Below are positions 13,058 to 27,934 of a DNA stretch of 64,000 nt, piece by piece. Made by a program: the position numbers and the translations under genes. Origin of the DNA: Octopus sinensis (taxonomy: Eukaryota); contig NC_043011.1 in assembly GCF_006345805.1 (NCBI RefSeq), positions 25,928,464 through 25,992,463 on the forward strand. The letters run 5' to 3'. Positions within the stretch are counted from its first letter, which is position 1. Each line of letters starts with the position of its first letter. The notes under the pieces are model-generated. The model was not told the DNA's origin. It saw only the letters and a list, made by a program, of their open reading frames with translations, and made no database searches.

Positions 13058-14692
13058 ATATATATATATATATATATATATGATAAATACATACATACAT
13101 ATACACATATATACATATACATACATATATATATATACATACATACACACATATATATTCACATATTATATTTTTTTATCTATTTCTTTTTATCAGATGA
13201 ATGTGAGTTCTTCCTTTAATTGGAATTATTTCCAAAGATTTCTAATGTCTTTTCTTTGTACTTTACTTTTTAATTTACTTACTTAAATTCGTATAGGTAT
13301 GAAAACTTGTATAGAAATAATCAGTATATGATTTAACTTATTAAACACAGTTCAAGAAATTCATTCATATTTATGTAATGGAGGAGATTAGATGTTAAAA
13401 TGGATTATAGTTTTTCATTTTTCATGTTGCTATACAATTTGTTTCATACAAAAAAAAAAAACTCAGATATTCATAAACAGAAAATCATAATAGTCATATT
13501 TGTACTCATCAGTAGCTGATGTAAAAACTAAAAAAGACGTTAGTAGTACATAGATTTTGTCTTAGTTATCATTGTAGGATTATTGTATTCATTTTTGCCA
13601 TCATGTCTATTTGAATCAAGATTTTGAAGAATATATATTAAGTGGGTGCTAATATATGGAATATTAAAAGGTGACATTCTCTCTACGAAATCCAATATGT
13701 GTGTCTATTTAAAACACCTTTAATGAATTTTATTACTGGTCAAGCTGTATTTGTATGTACGCTGAGAAATTCCGAATAAGGAGGTATATGAATTATAAGT
13801 TTTATAAACCTGAAATTATCCTTTAATACTATTATTAACCTCTATTTTTTCTAAAAATATCTAAAGTCGAAAGGATAATTGATGGTTCAGTAAAAACTAA
13901 ATTTGTATATGCCTAAGTGAATATTAAAAGGTATGTGTGTGATTGAGTGTGTGTTTGTGTGTGAGTGTGTGTGTGTTTGTGTGTGCATGTGTGCTTGTCC
14001 ACCCCCACCCCCCACTATCACTTGACAAGTGATGCTGGTGTGTTTATGTCCCTGTAACTTAGTGGTTTGACAAAAGAGACCGATAGAATAAGCACTAGAC
14101 TTATAAAGAATAAATCCTGGAGTCGATTTCTTTGACTAATATAAAAACAAAAACCCTTTAAGGTGGTGCTCCAGCATGGCCGCAGTCAAACGACTGAAAC
14201 AAGTAAAAGAATGTATCCATCTTGCCAGCCAACCAGCCAGTCAGCCAGCCAACCAAACAGACAGACAGACAGACGATCAGTTCACTGTCTTCAGTCGCAA
14301 TATTGCACACTGGTGTGGTGCTGCTCAACTGTCAGTTTGCTGTCAATCTGCCAGAGATCCTTCTGCATTTCTTTTCCTGTATGCATTGATTGCATCATCA
14401 TGCATGATACGCCAAGCGTATCGTATATGCTAATTGACTTCTTAACGATGAAATTCTCTTCCTGCTTTATATTGATATAGAAATATTAGGTCATATTCTC
14501 CCGATGTTGTTGTCGTTGGGACATCGGCAGAGTTTCTGTTATATTTAATAAACTACTTTAGAAACGAGCACTTTTAGTTATGAGAGGCCATTGTAGCCAT
14601 CATCATCATCATCATCATCATTATCATTGTCAATGCAATGATAGGATACATAAACAAACATGCACACACACAAACACACGTGCATCTTTATA

Positions 14693-16222
14693 CTGGATCA
14701 TCCCGTAAATAATGCAGTTTTTTTTTATACCGCTTTCATTCATCATCATCATTATTGTTTAACGTCCGCTTTCCATGCTATCATGGGTTGGACGGTTTGA
14801 CTGAGGACTGGTGAGCTAGAGGCTGCACCAGGCTCAATCTGGTCTGGCAAAGTTTCTACAGCTGGATGCCCTTCCTAAAGCCAATCACTCCAAGAGTGTA
14901 GCGGATGCATTTTACGTGTCACCAGCACGAGGGCCAGTCAGGCGGTTCTGGCAATGACCACACTTAAAAGGTGTTTTTACATGCTACCTGCACAGGAGCC
15001 AGTCTGGTGGCACTGGCAACGACTATGCTCGAATGTTGTTTTTCATGTCATGCTCAGATGTGCTTTTATTTTTCAATATTAAGATAAACAAAGTTCTTTT
15101 TTAATCTACTGAAATATACTCTCCTTCATTTTCTACAATGCTCTTCCATCTATCTGGTAGATTTGCAAGGCCCCTCTTCCAAAATTCACTTGTCTGTGAC
15201 AAAAAATACTCCCCCAGTACTGTTCTGACCTCATCTACAGAATTCATATTTTTCTGTCCAAAGGATTTTGAAGACAGCAGAATAAATGATAATTAGATGA
15301 TCAATGTCTGACAAATATGATGAGTGGTGCATCGTTTCCCATTCAAACTACTCCAGCCTTTGGAATGTCAGCCTCACTGTAAGTGGCTGAGCATTATCCT
15401 GATGGAAGAACACCTTTTGTCTTAAAACCAAAGATGGTCATTTTTCTTCTTGTGCTGACTTAAGCCACTCAAGTTGCTCACAGTAGATCTCTTTTGTCTT
15501 CATTTGGTTTGGTTTTAAAAGTTCAAAGTGGATTAAACCTTTCATATCCCACCAATAAGATAACACCTTATGTGGGTGAAGACCTTTATTAGCCTGGGGT
15601 GCCAGTGTTTCTCCTTTCCCTACTCACTGTCTTCATTGCTTGACATTTTTATAGAGAACCCATTACTCATCACCAGTCACTACTCGATCCCAAAAAAGAT
15701 CATTTGTGAGAAGTGACAGCAAAGAAGAGCACACATTCACTCTTTGTACACGATTAGACTTGGAAAGTTTATAAGGAACCTGTTGACCGAATTTTCTGAT
15801 TTTTCCAATGGCATGCAGGTGTCGATGAATGGTTGAATGACCAAATCCGAGCTTCTCTGCTAATTCCTCAACAGTTACAATGGGATTCTGTTCCACCAGG
15901 GTTTGCAGAACATCTTCATCAAGGCTCTACAGATCTTCCATGATGAGGCTCGTCTTCTAAGCTGTGGTTTCCAGCTCAGAATTTCTGGAACTCCTGTTGA
16001 CACTGGTTTATGCTTATTGTCCGATCCTCATACACTGCATTAATATTCCTTGCACTTTCTGTTGCGTTATTGCCTTTATTGAACTCACAAAACAAAATAT
16101 GCTGAATATGCTCCTTTGTCACTTCCATTATAGCTTTTAGAAAAACCTGCAGGTTATCCTGTCCCCCTTTGACTTTTAGTTCATGCAATTGGAAAAACCA
16201 CATTATTTACAGGATGACCCAG
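14693..16222 (-). mobile_element. Full-length decayed mariner with nested RTE-tail repeat (~14740-15060)
   Basis: TA-flanked TIRs ctggatcatcccgtaaataatg / cattatttacaggatgacccag; MEVTKEHIQHIL..EFNKGNNA HTH region and DRVVTGDE catalytic motif; stops present. Confidence 0.92.
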
Positions 16223-16415
16223 TATCTATGTTGATACAAGCTTATATTCAAGTGTGTGTATATATATATAAATATATATGTGTGTGTGTGTGTGGTGTGT
16301 GTGTGTGTGTATGTGTGCATTCATGCTTGTATTTATGCATGTATGTGTGTGTATATATATATGTATGTATGTATGTATTATGTATGTATGTATGTATGTA
16401 TGTATGTATTATGTA

Positions 16416-16473
<58 letters not shown>

Positions 16474-16892
16474 ATATATATATAAGGTACAGCAGTTGCT
16501 TCCTAACCACATTGTTCTGGGTTCAGTCCCACTGCGTGGCACCTTGGGTAAGTGTCTTCTACTTGAGCTGGCCAAAGGCTTGTGAGTAGATTTGATAGAT
16601 GGAAACTGAAAGAAGCCCATCATATATATATGTATATATATCTATGTGCATCTGTATTTGTTACCCCATCACCACTTGACAACCGGTGTGGGTATGTTTA
16701 CATCCCTGTAGATTAGTTGTTTGGCAAAAGAAACTGATAGAATAAGTCCCAGACTTTAAAAATAAGTACTGGGGTCGATTCATTTGTCTAAAAATTCAAG
16801 GCGGTGCTCCAGCATGGCTGCAGTCTAATGACTGAAACAAGTAAAAAGGAAAAAGGTAAAAAAAAAGTATGCATGTGTGTATATTTTTTATT

Positions 16893-17024
16893 AATTTTTA
16901 GCAGAAGTAAACTGAGTGACTCAAGGTCCAAGAGTTTGATGGGTCAGCACTAACCAAAGTTTGATAAGTATCAACACACAAAACCTCAGACCTTGAGTCA
17001 CTCTGTTTACTTCTGCTAAAAATT
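16893..17024. mobile_element. Short fold-back MITE with ~36-bp inverted arms
   Basis: aatttttagcagaagtaaactgagtgactcaaggtc versus gaccttgagtcactctgtttacttctgctaaaaatt; a related arm lies at ~32850-32890. Confidence 0.75.
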
Positions 17025-17069
<45 letters not shown>

Positions 17070-17104
17070 CCTGTCCGGACAAAATATATAATATATATAT
17101 ATAC

Positions 17105-17135
<31 letters not shown>

Positions 17136-17382
17136 TATATATATAATATATATTTATCATATTATATATATATATATATATATATATTTATACACATGCA
17201 CGACTACATATATACATGAATATGTGTGTGTGTGTGGTGTGTGTGTATGTAGCATGCAGTGTATGTGTATGTGTATATATATGTATATATGTAGGCATGC
17301 ATGTGTGTATATATATATATATGTATGTATATGCATATATATATGTATGTATATACAATTATACATGTGTGTGTGTGCGTGC

Positions 17383-17437
<55 letters not shown>

Positions 17438-17857
17438 TGTGTGTGTGTGCATGTGTGTGTAAATGCAAATACTGTTGCCATCTAAATATCAGAATAAAGA
17501 TATTTGTGAAGATAAGATTAAGATTTCTTTTTTCTATTTTTGTTTTTTTTTTTTGCAAATTTTAATTTTGTATTTTCATCTTCTTTTTCGCTTGTTGTTG
17601 CTTTTCTTGTTTTCTTCTAATCAATATATTACAATGTTGTTGTTTTTACGGGGTAGGGGGAGCGAGGCGGGGTGGGGGTGGGGTTGGGGTAGGGCTGTTC
17701 CTCGTGTTGTATTGGTTTCAGTAGTTGTTTTATTCTTGTTTTCTAATTTATTTCTTTTTCTTTTTTTTCTTTCAAGTTTTCACAACGATACTGGAATTTT
17801 ATTTTCATTTTGCTCAATTTTTAAGAAGTTAGCATGTGTGCATGAGTGAAATTATGC

Positions 17858-17888
<31 letters not shown>

Positions 17889-17932
17889 TGTGTGTGTGTG
17901 TACGTGTATTTGTTTGTGTATGTAAGTGCGTG

Positions 17933-17973
<41 letters not shown>

Positions 17974-18561
17974 TGTATGTGTGTGTGTGTGTGTGTATGT
18001 GTGTGGTGTGTGTGTGTGCTGGCACAATGCCTTTGTATTTATAGATTTTCCTGTAGGGCCTGATTCCTCCTCCAATTCTATGATGGGTCAATGTGTGATG
18101 GACTCCAGGTTAAGGATGAACAGACATGTTTTCGTTAAAACACATACGAAGAGATTTTGAAAAGGTTATAACCTGCACACATATCTACAAATACACGTAG
18201 AGCAAACAGAATGGACACATTCATTTTTACATACAAACTTGCATAACTGTTACACATATTCACCATAAACACATACATATATTACACATATATACATGTA
18301 TATCATATACATATATATATAAATAATCCCTATCACATTGTTACTTTCTATATATAGCTAGATAAATACTACATGTATATGAACAAAAATGCATACACAC
18401 AGATGTGTATATACTTATATGTGTATATGTATATATATATATTTATATTTATATATATATATATATATATAATATATATATATACACATACATATATGCA
18501 TATATATATATATATGTGTGTGTGTGTGGACATTCATAATTACATGTGTATTTTACACGTG

Positions 18562-18594
<33 letters not shown>

Positions 18595-18825
18595 ACACAT
18601 GCATGCATAAAATCTAAATACACATATATGCATTACATGCCCATGTATCTATACACATGGATATTTACATATGTGATTATATACATACATGTTTGTGCAT
18701 GTATATGCATGTGTATACATATATGTATATATATTTACATATATTACACAGGCACAAACACATACACAAATACACATATATATGTATGCATGTATGTATA
18801 TATATAATTAAGTGTATGTATGCAA

Positions 18826-18870
<45 letters not shown>

Positions 18871-19090
18871 CACACATACATATATATGTATAAATATATG
18901 AACGCATGTATACATGCATGTGTGGAGGGGACTCTTATTGTGATTTTTAAAACAAAATTCTGTTGGGAATGCATATGTCTGCATATATGCATGCATGAGT
19001 CTCTGTGCGCTTATATATATATATATATATGCACACAGATACACACACATACATGCACAGACATACAGACACATATATATATATATTATA

Positions 19091-19132
<42 letters not shown>

Positions 19133-19222
19133 ATACACACACATGCATGCACAGACATACAGACACATATATATATACATATACATATATATATATATAT
19201 AAATACATGTATATGCATATAA

Positions 19223-19257
<35 letters not shown>

Positions 19258-19458
19258 CATATATTTATATACACATGTATACATGCATATGTACATATAT
19301 ATAGATATATATGTGTGTATGTGTATATATGCATACACGCATACACACACAAGCATGCACACATACATACATACATACATACATACATACATACAAACAT
19401 ACACATGTATGCCCCAAAAGAAATTTTTTCAAAAATCACAACAATAAGAAGAGACCAT

Positions 19459-19489
<31 letters not shown>

Positions 19490-19931
19490 TACTCACACAC
19501 ACACACACACACCACACACACACACACAAAATGTTTTTTAAAAAACAGGAACACACAAAAGCAACCCCCTTGATGAACTCAAAAGCAATTCATCTATTTT
19601 CGGTTCAATATGGTCTATGTTTCTGTGAGTGAGAGAAAAAGCAAAGCTCTATTGATCTTTGGAATAAGGCATCGCGATGATGCTATAACTGAGGGAGCAA
19701 TGGGCTAACAAATTGACTGATGCAGATGGAGAAAAACAAAAATCCCATCTTTTGATAAGGAAATCAGCTGACTAACTTGCAACATAAACAAAAAAACAAA
19801 AAGAAAACAAAACAAAAAAAGACAAAAACAAAAATCAAACCAAACTAAATCAAACAAACACCAAAAAAAATATGAAGGAGAGAGATAAGAAAGAGAGAAA
19901 ATATAAAAGTATATTGCCTTTGATGGTGATA

Positions 19932-19963
<32 letters not shown>

Positions 19964-20041
19964 AGTGATGAGGAGGAGGAGGAGCAAGGGGTGATGGAGA
20001 TGATGGGGTGGGGGTGGGGGTAGAGGTGGCAGTGATGATCT

Positions 20042-20076
<35 letters not shown>

Positions 20077-21469
20077 GCAATGGTGATAGTGATTCTAGCA
20101 ATGGTAGTGGTGGAGGTGCTGGTGGTGACGGCGGCACTGGTGGTAGCGCTGGTGGTAATGGTGATGATAATGGAGATGATTATATACATCGGTGTTCCAT
20201 ATTGCTGCTGCTGCTGCTGCTGCAGTTGCTGCTCTCGGTGATGATGATGATGATTATGATGATGATGATGGTGATGATCATCATATAAGATAAGAATGAT
20301 TAGTGATGATGATAGTGATAGTGATGGTGATGAGTGATGATTATGATGACTACTATAAAAACACTGATGATGATGGTGATGGCTTTAATGGTGGTGGTGG
20401 CGGTGGTGGTAATGATGATGATGATGATAATGATGATGATGATGGTGGTGGTGGTGGTTATAATGGTGGTTCTGGTTGCAGTGGTGGTGGTTGTAGTGGT
20501 GGTGGTTGTAGTGGTGGTGGTGGTGGTGGTGGTGATGATGATGATGATGGTAATGATGATGATGATAGCAATGATGAGGTGGTGATGAGGAGAGTGATAT
20601 TAAACGATAGTGTTGAAATGTTGATGATGATGATGATGATGATGATGAAGATGATGATTGATGATGATGATAGGAAAAAAAAGGATGGTGAATCTGACAA
20701 TGATGGTGATGATGATCGTGATGACTGATGATGATAGATGGATGGATAGATGGATGGATGGATGGATGGTTAAGAGAATGATGTTAACGATACTGATGAC
20801 ATCGATGGTAATGAAGATAATAGCTGCATAAAGAAGAACATTAAAAACGATAGCAATAATTTTATTTCTCATTTTTTTTCCTTTCTTTACCTCGGCACAA
20901 TGCCACAAATTTACTCGAGATGAATATAGTTGCAGGCTCTTGTTACATTTTTTCTTTTCTTTTTTTTGTTTTTGAATTATTTTATCAAATCAAGAAGAAA
21001 GAAAGGCATGGTGACCCCAAACGTAATTTGAACTTGGAATGTAAGTAACATAAATAAACTTGGTTAGGTATTTATTTAATCCAATGCTTCACCATTCTTG
21101 CAGTGCCTTGGTGTTTTTTGGAACTGCTACCATCAGGAATTACAACCAGATCCAAGCAAGACTCTTGGAAGATTACTTTCAATTTTTTTTACATATTTGT
21201 TTGTGTTTTCCTCCTCCTCCTCCTCCTCCTCCCCTCATTCTTCGTTTTCTTCTGCTTCTTCTTTGTCTCTCTCATCCTTCTCCTTCTCTCACCTCCTCCT
21301 CTACCTCCTTCTCATCATTATTCTTTTTCTTCTTCCTCGTCTTCTTCTTCTTCTTCTTCTTCTTCTTCTTCTTTTCTTCTTCTTTTTCTTCTTCTTCTTC
21401 TTTTCCTTCTTCTTCTTCTAATGTCAATTCTTCTTCTAGTTTCAATTACTCTTCTTCTAGTTTTAATTA

Positions 21470-22920
21470 TTAAAGGTGATGAGTCATTAGCATGTCAGAC
21501 AAAATACAGAGCAATATTTCTTTAGTCTCTTTACATTATGAGTTCAAGTTCTACTCAGATCAAATTTCCCTTTCGTCCTCTCAAGGTCAATAAAATTTTT
21601 AAAAACCCAGTCAAATATTGTTATGATTAGTATTAGCATTATCTCTCTTGTTATCACTACTACTACTACTACTACTATAGCAGTGACCTGGCAGAATTGT
21701 TAGCATGCTGGAAATAATTCTTAGAGGCATTTCATCTGCCTTTACGTTCTAAGCTCAAATTCTGCCGAGGTTAACTTTACCTTTCATCCTTTCAGAATCG
21801 ATAAAATAATTACTGGGATCAATATAATCAACTTGTACCTTACCTGAAATTGCTGGCCTTGTGCCACAATTTGAAACCATTATTATAATTATAATTATTA
21901 TTATTGTTATTATTATGATTATTATTGTTATGGTGGAAAGCTGGCAGAATCAGTAGAGTGCCCAACAAAATGCTTACTGGCATTTCGTCTGTCTTTACAT
22001 TTTAAGTTCAAATTCCACTGAGGTCAACTTTGCTTTTCATCCTTTCGGGGGTCAATGAAATAATTACCAGTCTATCACTGGGGTCAATGTAGTTGGCTAG
22101 CTCTCTGCCCCAAAATTTCAGGTCTTGTGCCTACAGTAGAAAGGATTAGGGCATGCAGCTATAGAAAAAAACTATGCCAAATCAGACCAGATCTTGATGT
22201 AGCCTTCCAGCTTGCCAGCCTAGTCAAACCGTCCAACCCATGCCAGCATGGATGACAGACATTAAATGATGATGATGATTTTGATGATGATGATGATAGC
22301 AAGACATTTTATTTCACGTTGCTCTAGTCTGCTCAGTTAGCAAAAAATGAGTAGTACTAGTATCTCAAAGACTCGGTCTTGTCATATTCTGTATCATGTT
22401 GAAGTTACTATGTTACGGGTTTGCATGTTTGTGGAGTGCTCAGCTACTTGCACATTAATTTCACAAGCAGGCTGTTCTAGTGAGTGGCTCAACTGGAACG
22501 CTTGTCAGCATAATTTATGGAATACCAGTATGAAGTAGCAAGGTGGCAGAATTATTAACATGTCAGACAAAATACTTAACGACATCTCTTCTTGCTCTTC
22601 GTGTTCTGAGTTCAAATCCCACTGGAAACTGCTAAAATAAAGAACCAGTCATGTATTGGGAATCAATGTAATAAACTAGACCCTTCACCTAAAATTGCTG
22701 GTCTTGTGCAAGAATTTGAAAACAAAGGTTGCAAGATGGCAGAACCATTACCATTAGCATGCTGGACAAAATCCTAAGCAGGGTTTTTTCTGGTTCTTAA
22801 TATTCTGAGTTCAAATGCTGCCATGGTCATCTTTGCCTTTCATTGATGAAATGAAGAACCATTTGAGTCAATAGAATTGGCAAACCATTTCCCCTCAAAA
22901 TTGCTGGCCTTGTGCCCAGC
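21470..22920 (+). mobile_element. Head-to-tail cluster of family B2 SINEs plus an RTE-tail repeat
   Basis: Repeated gctggcagaat...gagttcaaat...ggccttgtgcc units separated by (ATT)n. Confidence 0.75.
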
Positions 22921-25900
22921 TATATGTCGTTCTAAGACACTCATATATTTGTTCGTCAAAATCTATAAAGCTGAAATGCAAAAAAATTGTTTGATTTCTT
23001 GGTTATTTGTCTCATTTTGGGACGGGAACGGTTTAAGGGGCGGTAGATGGGGTTGGATTGGCACCAAAATTTACACAGGGGGGTAAAATGGGGTGGGCAA
23101 TGGTGTAAGGAGGGTTGCAAGTCACTCGGGGCTACTGTTTGGTTGCCATGGTGAGGAATATGGGGAAGGCAAAGAAGACGAACAAAAGAAGAAAGAGAAA
23201 AGGAGATAACACGCACAAAACAACACCACCAAAACCCGAGAGAAGCAAAGGTCAAAATAGCTAGTCTGCATATATTTTTGAATGTTGTTAATTGTTGAAA
23301 TTTATATTTTGTTTTAAAACACTTATTTAAGTCAACCAGAACACATAGAACTAATCGACTTCTTTGTTTCTTGTCCCTTTGGGGATCAATTTTGCTAGAA
23401 AATTTTTGTTTTGAAAAACATGTTTTTCACAAACATGGAGTTGGCTTCTACAGCAAGCAAGCAAGCTGAAAAGAAGGGAGAAATAGGAGGTTACTCTCAA
23501 AGATTGGTGCAACATGTGAAAAAGGAGGAAAATGATTTTGAAGCACACAAAGTTTAAAGTCCACATAATCGCACTTCTGCTACAGTGAAAGATGACAGTA
23601 GCTGTAACAACAATCACAATAACAGCAACATTAACAAAAGCAGCAATAGCAACAGCAATGGTAGCAAAGACAGCAATACACTCGTGGAAGTGGAGGAGGT
23701 GTTTTTATCATTAAAATCATTGCACAACTGCTATAATGGCAAATGTCTAGTTGTATAAACAACAACTATTAAACAGTAACAATAACAACAGCAACAGGAG
23801 CAGCAATGATAACCAAGGCAGCAGTGGCAGTAGCAGGAAAAACATTAAAGGTAACAAAAGTAGCAGAAGCAGTGAAAACACAGTATAAAATGTTTCTGTT
23901 GCCAAGATTACAAGTGTTTTTGAATTTGTCTCACTCAACCAAAAGCATGAACATTAAGAAGAGGTGAAGAAACACATCAACAAACAAGAACAGAGAAAAA
24001 GTTACTTTCAATATACTGCAACACTTTTTAGACCAAACAGAAATGAAAACAATTTTGTATAGGTACTTATCTACAAAAGATACAAATTAGAGTGTATACC
24101 TTCAGACTAAGATTAACTCTTTTTAAAAAACATTTGGCAAGACTTTAATTTTGTGGGACATCCCCATGAGTTTGAATACATCCAAATTATTTTTCCACTC
24201 AGCTACCTTAGCCCAGAACTAAAGATTTTACACTGACACCCATCTAACTGGGATGGAGAGTGATCTGAGTAAAAACCTCAATCCAACCACCTGAAATGCA
24301 TGATTCTAGAAGAACATAACATGCTGCTGGAAACAGAAAGATGTCAAAAAGAAAATTGAGTTGTGATGGGGTTAGTGATTCTGATTCAGGTGAAACTTGA
24401 GACACTCATCACAATCCCAAAAGAGTAGGAGATTTCAGGGGAAATATACACAAATGGCTTTATAAGGAACTGCTTTTGGAAACATCCACAGTTAGCAGCA
24501 GGGATGAAATATCTGTTCCTCCATAAGAATATGCTAAGTGATCCTCTCTCACCTTCCCTAAATCAAACATTCACTCAGTCACAATAGGTTGTGTAAATTT
24601 ACATTGCCTGGAGTCACCCTGGTAGCAAGGCCACCCATTCAAATAGCTCAATATAAATGTGGTGGTCATGAGCAAGACCAGAGTTTCCACTCTACAAGCC
24701 TTCAGGTCTATTTATGGTGTACTACATATTTCCAAGTTGATCAGGATTAGGAGGTGTAGCTGTTTTGTTGCTTCAGAAGGCTCTAGATCTCATGACAGGG
24801 ACCATCTTCTTGAACTTCCCAATTTTACAATGCCCTTCCTAATGCCATTAGGAGGGGTGTGGCATTAGGAAGGGCATCCAGCTATAGAGAGTTACACCTG
24901 AACAGACATTGGAGCTTGATACATTTCTCCAGTTCACTGGTTCCTATTGAATCTTCCAACCAATACCAGCATAGGAGAGAGTTGTTAAATGAGGAGGATG
25001 AGAGGGAGGTAGATAAATAGTGAAGGGCTTTAGTAAATAATTCGACCAATATTTTATGTGCCAGAAGGGCAAAAAATGAGAGAACATTACTCTGACAGGT
25101 TTCAAGAAATGAGAGTAAGGGTTAAATTGAAACTGAATTAGTGAGGAAAAAGACATAGTGAAAGTCAAAATATACATAGTATATAAATTTGTATAGAGAA
25201 GGTGTTGTGTGAGAGTATGACGCTCCCTGGCAAGAATGGACTGGACCACTACATATAAACAGTAGAGGTCTGATTAAGTGAGGGAGTTCATGCTAGGTCT
25301 ATAGTTCATATGTTGATAGTTCAAAATTGGAGTTCGAAGTTTACAGTTCGCGGTAGCATGTTGAATTGTTGGTTCTTAAAAGATTGTTATTATGTTCCAT
25401 GTGGTTACTGCCATCTGTTTCAATTAAAGATGCGGTGTATTTGTTTATCCATAAGGATACAACAGAAAAGTCATCACCAAGGGTCTGTCAAAGAAGCTTA
25501 CATATCTGAGATTACTTTGACTATCAAAGATAAGTACAAGCTTCCAGCTGAAATTCCACAGCCTACAGGTGCATAGTGATTATTAACCCATTCACTTGGG
25601 GCATTTCATTATTGGTGAGGAGGGGTAGGGGAACACTTCCCTCTCCCACCATCTCCAAGTGGAATGGAGAAAATGTCATTGAGGTTTATCACCAGAGGTA
25701 ATTGTCTTCCCTCAGTCTATAAACTTGATTAGAATATATGAAGTTATCAATGATGATGATCATGGGAGTAGAGCCAATGGTGGGTGGGAGTCAGCTGCAG
25801 TGCTGATGGGGAGGAGATGTTGCTGGCGATGACGATGACAACAATGACAACACGATGATGATGATGATGATGATGATGACAACGATGATGATGACGATGA

Positions 25901-26010
25901 CGATGACGATGATGATGACGACGATGATTGCAACCTTATTTCTGCATTTCACCAATTATTAATATTAGAAACACCACCAGCACAACAGTAACAAGAAAAT
26001 GTAAATATAC

Positions 26011-26094
26011 CTGAGATTTGAAAATTCATCAGGCAAACTTGATAATAAATTATATGATAAATCCAGGTGTTTTAATTCAGTCAGCTGTGAAAAT
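26011..26094 (-). CDS. LRRC63: LRRC63-like exon d (FSQLTELKHLDLSYNLLSSLPDEFSNLR), 84 nt, phase 2/2
   Basis: ttatttgttatttcag|ATTTTCA...AATCTCAG|gtatat; canonical LRR LxxLxxLDLSYNxLxxLP. Confidence 0.9.
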
Positions 26095-26283
26095 CTGAAA
26101 TAACAAATAATAATAAAAAAATTAATTAGTTAACATCTTACGCTTGGTTTTTGTTTTTTTCTTCATCATCATCATCGTTTAACGTCCGCTTTCCATGCTA
26201 ACATAGATTGGACGATTTGACTGAGGACTGGCGAATCAGATGGTTGCACCAGGCTCCAATCTTGATCTGATTTTTTCAAATCC

Positions 26284-26510
26284 TTAACTCTTTGGTATTT
26301 AAACTAGCCATATCCAGCCCAATTATTCAACCAGTTTTATGTTCAGACTGACTAGATCCAGCCTTTCCTACCTGCCCTATAATGTCATTCTAAGAGTAAA
26401 ACAATTACATCACTACAATATCAAATCTGAGATAATTCATGATTGATTCAAAGCAATGTGAATAAATAAACATTACATTTGACAGAATAATCTAATTGCT
26501 AAAGGGTCAA
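26284..26510. mobile_element. piggyBac-type MITE
   Basis: ttaactctttgg ... ctaaagggtcaa, a degenerate TTAA-CCCTTT terminal pattern. Confidence 0.6.
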
Positions 26511-26589
26511 ATATGGGATTATTATTTCAAAAATGTATAAAATTTTCTGTTTAATTATGAAAATGATCTTCTTGTTGCTCAGCTCCTCT

Positions 26590-26882
26590 GATTATACATT
26601 GGCTGTTATCTGTATCCCTGGTTTTAGAATAAAGTGTGGAGGAAGCTAGAATTAGGTGGGACACACCTTATAGAAACCTGTTTCTAATATCACAAGGTAA
26701 ACCCTCCCAAAGAGAGATGGAAAAATGGCAGACCAAAAACAATATGGTAAAGGTTCACAGAAACTGACACACTTGGCAGGAGGTCGCACCTGGGGAGAGC
26801 TGTAATCTATTGCCAAAGACTGAGACAGATGGAGATCTCTTACTGGTGCCCTATGCTCTACATGGAATTAAAGTATTAAAAA
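26590..26882 (+). mobile_element. RTE-type LINE 3' end fragment
   Basis: VGHTL...GRPKTIW...TWGEL..IAKD.DRWRSLTGALCSTWN. Confidence 0.65.
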
Positions 26883-27934
26883 GAAGGCACTGTACACCTG
26901 TATGTGATCTGAGATGACTAAAAGGTTTGACAACATGAAAAGCATCTGAGCATGAAATACGGCCTGTAAAAAGAGAGCCATGAGGAGAACAATAGAAGGC
27001 TGTCATGATGCAAGGCTAACCCCAAACTTTAGCAGAGAAAATGGCCATAAAACATTTGTTCTTGTTCTTGTTGCTTTGCTCCCAAATTAGCCCTGATGAA
27101 GTAAATCTACGAACAAAGGTCTTTTAATCATGGCCATCCTGTCATAGTTTATTTTTGTTTTTAAAGATTGGGGTCAGGTGTAGGGTGTCTAATATATCTT
27201 TAATTTTTTCAAGTCAGTAGAGTAATTTGAAGGATATTTGGCTGCTATTTCTATCAAATCAAAACAACTGCACAGGTGTTTTACTAATTTAGCTTCAAGT
27301 CAACCAACAAAAAGACATGATCAAAAGCATTCTAGCCATGACTATTTTAGAGTATCTAGGACCACATTATCTAATGTGTCCTGCTTTGTTTTAAGATAAC
27401 AGAGTGTGGGTTTAGGGAAATGTGGCAGCTATTTCTGGTTGATCAAGCAACCACATAGAGTAGGTGGTTGGTGACAACACATATGTGACATCTGGGCCTC
27501 CTCACTTCCATAAACAACTGAGTACCGTCTGGCAGCTCAAAAAAGTTGGAGATGCTTTCAAGCATTTTCTGATTTATTCAGATCAAGGGCTCCATCCATG
27601 TCCTTAACCAGTTCTCTTGATGTAGCTTGTGCATTTCTGGGACTCTCATATCATCCTCCTCTTTTTACTCACACCAAATGCCATCTACTTGCCACCAGAT
27701 GTGTGTGTGTGTGTGTGTGTGTGTCTGTGTGTGTGTGCATGTGTGTGTGTGAGGGAAAGAGAGAGATATATACTTGTACAAAGCTATATGAAGAGCACAA
27801 CATACAACCTTGCACAAATGAGCTATTCATTAATGAAATACATGTAAGAATGTGGTATAAACTTATCACCCTTCTCCTGATTTTTCTACATACAAGCACA
27901 CACATATATACCTATATATGTATGTGTATATATA

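Noticed and set aside
18057-18108. Possible plus-strand exon (ttttcctgtag|GGCC...CCAG|gttaag)
   Set aside because: Weak donor, no recognisable peptide, and no partner exons found.
17157-21525. Many long ORFs rich in YI/HT/VC/M/D/S runs (also at 5000-5400, 33000-34600, 43400-44700, 63000-63500)
   Set aside because: Translations of (TA)n, (CA)n, (GAT)n, (GA)n and similar microsatellites; no coding signal.
24100-25780. Complex sequence possibly hiding exons or a LINE remnant
   Set aside because: No motif or splice-bounded open frame could be supported by eye; left unannotated.
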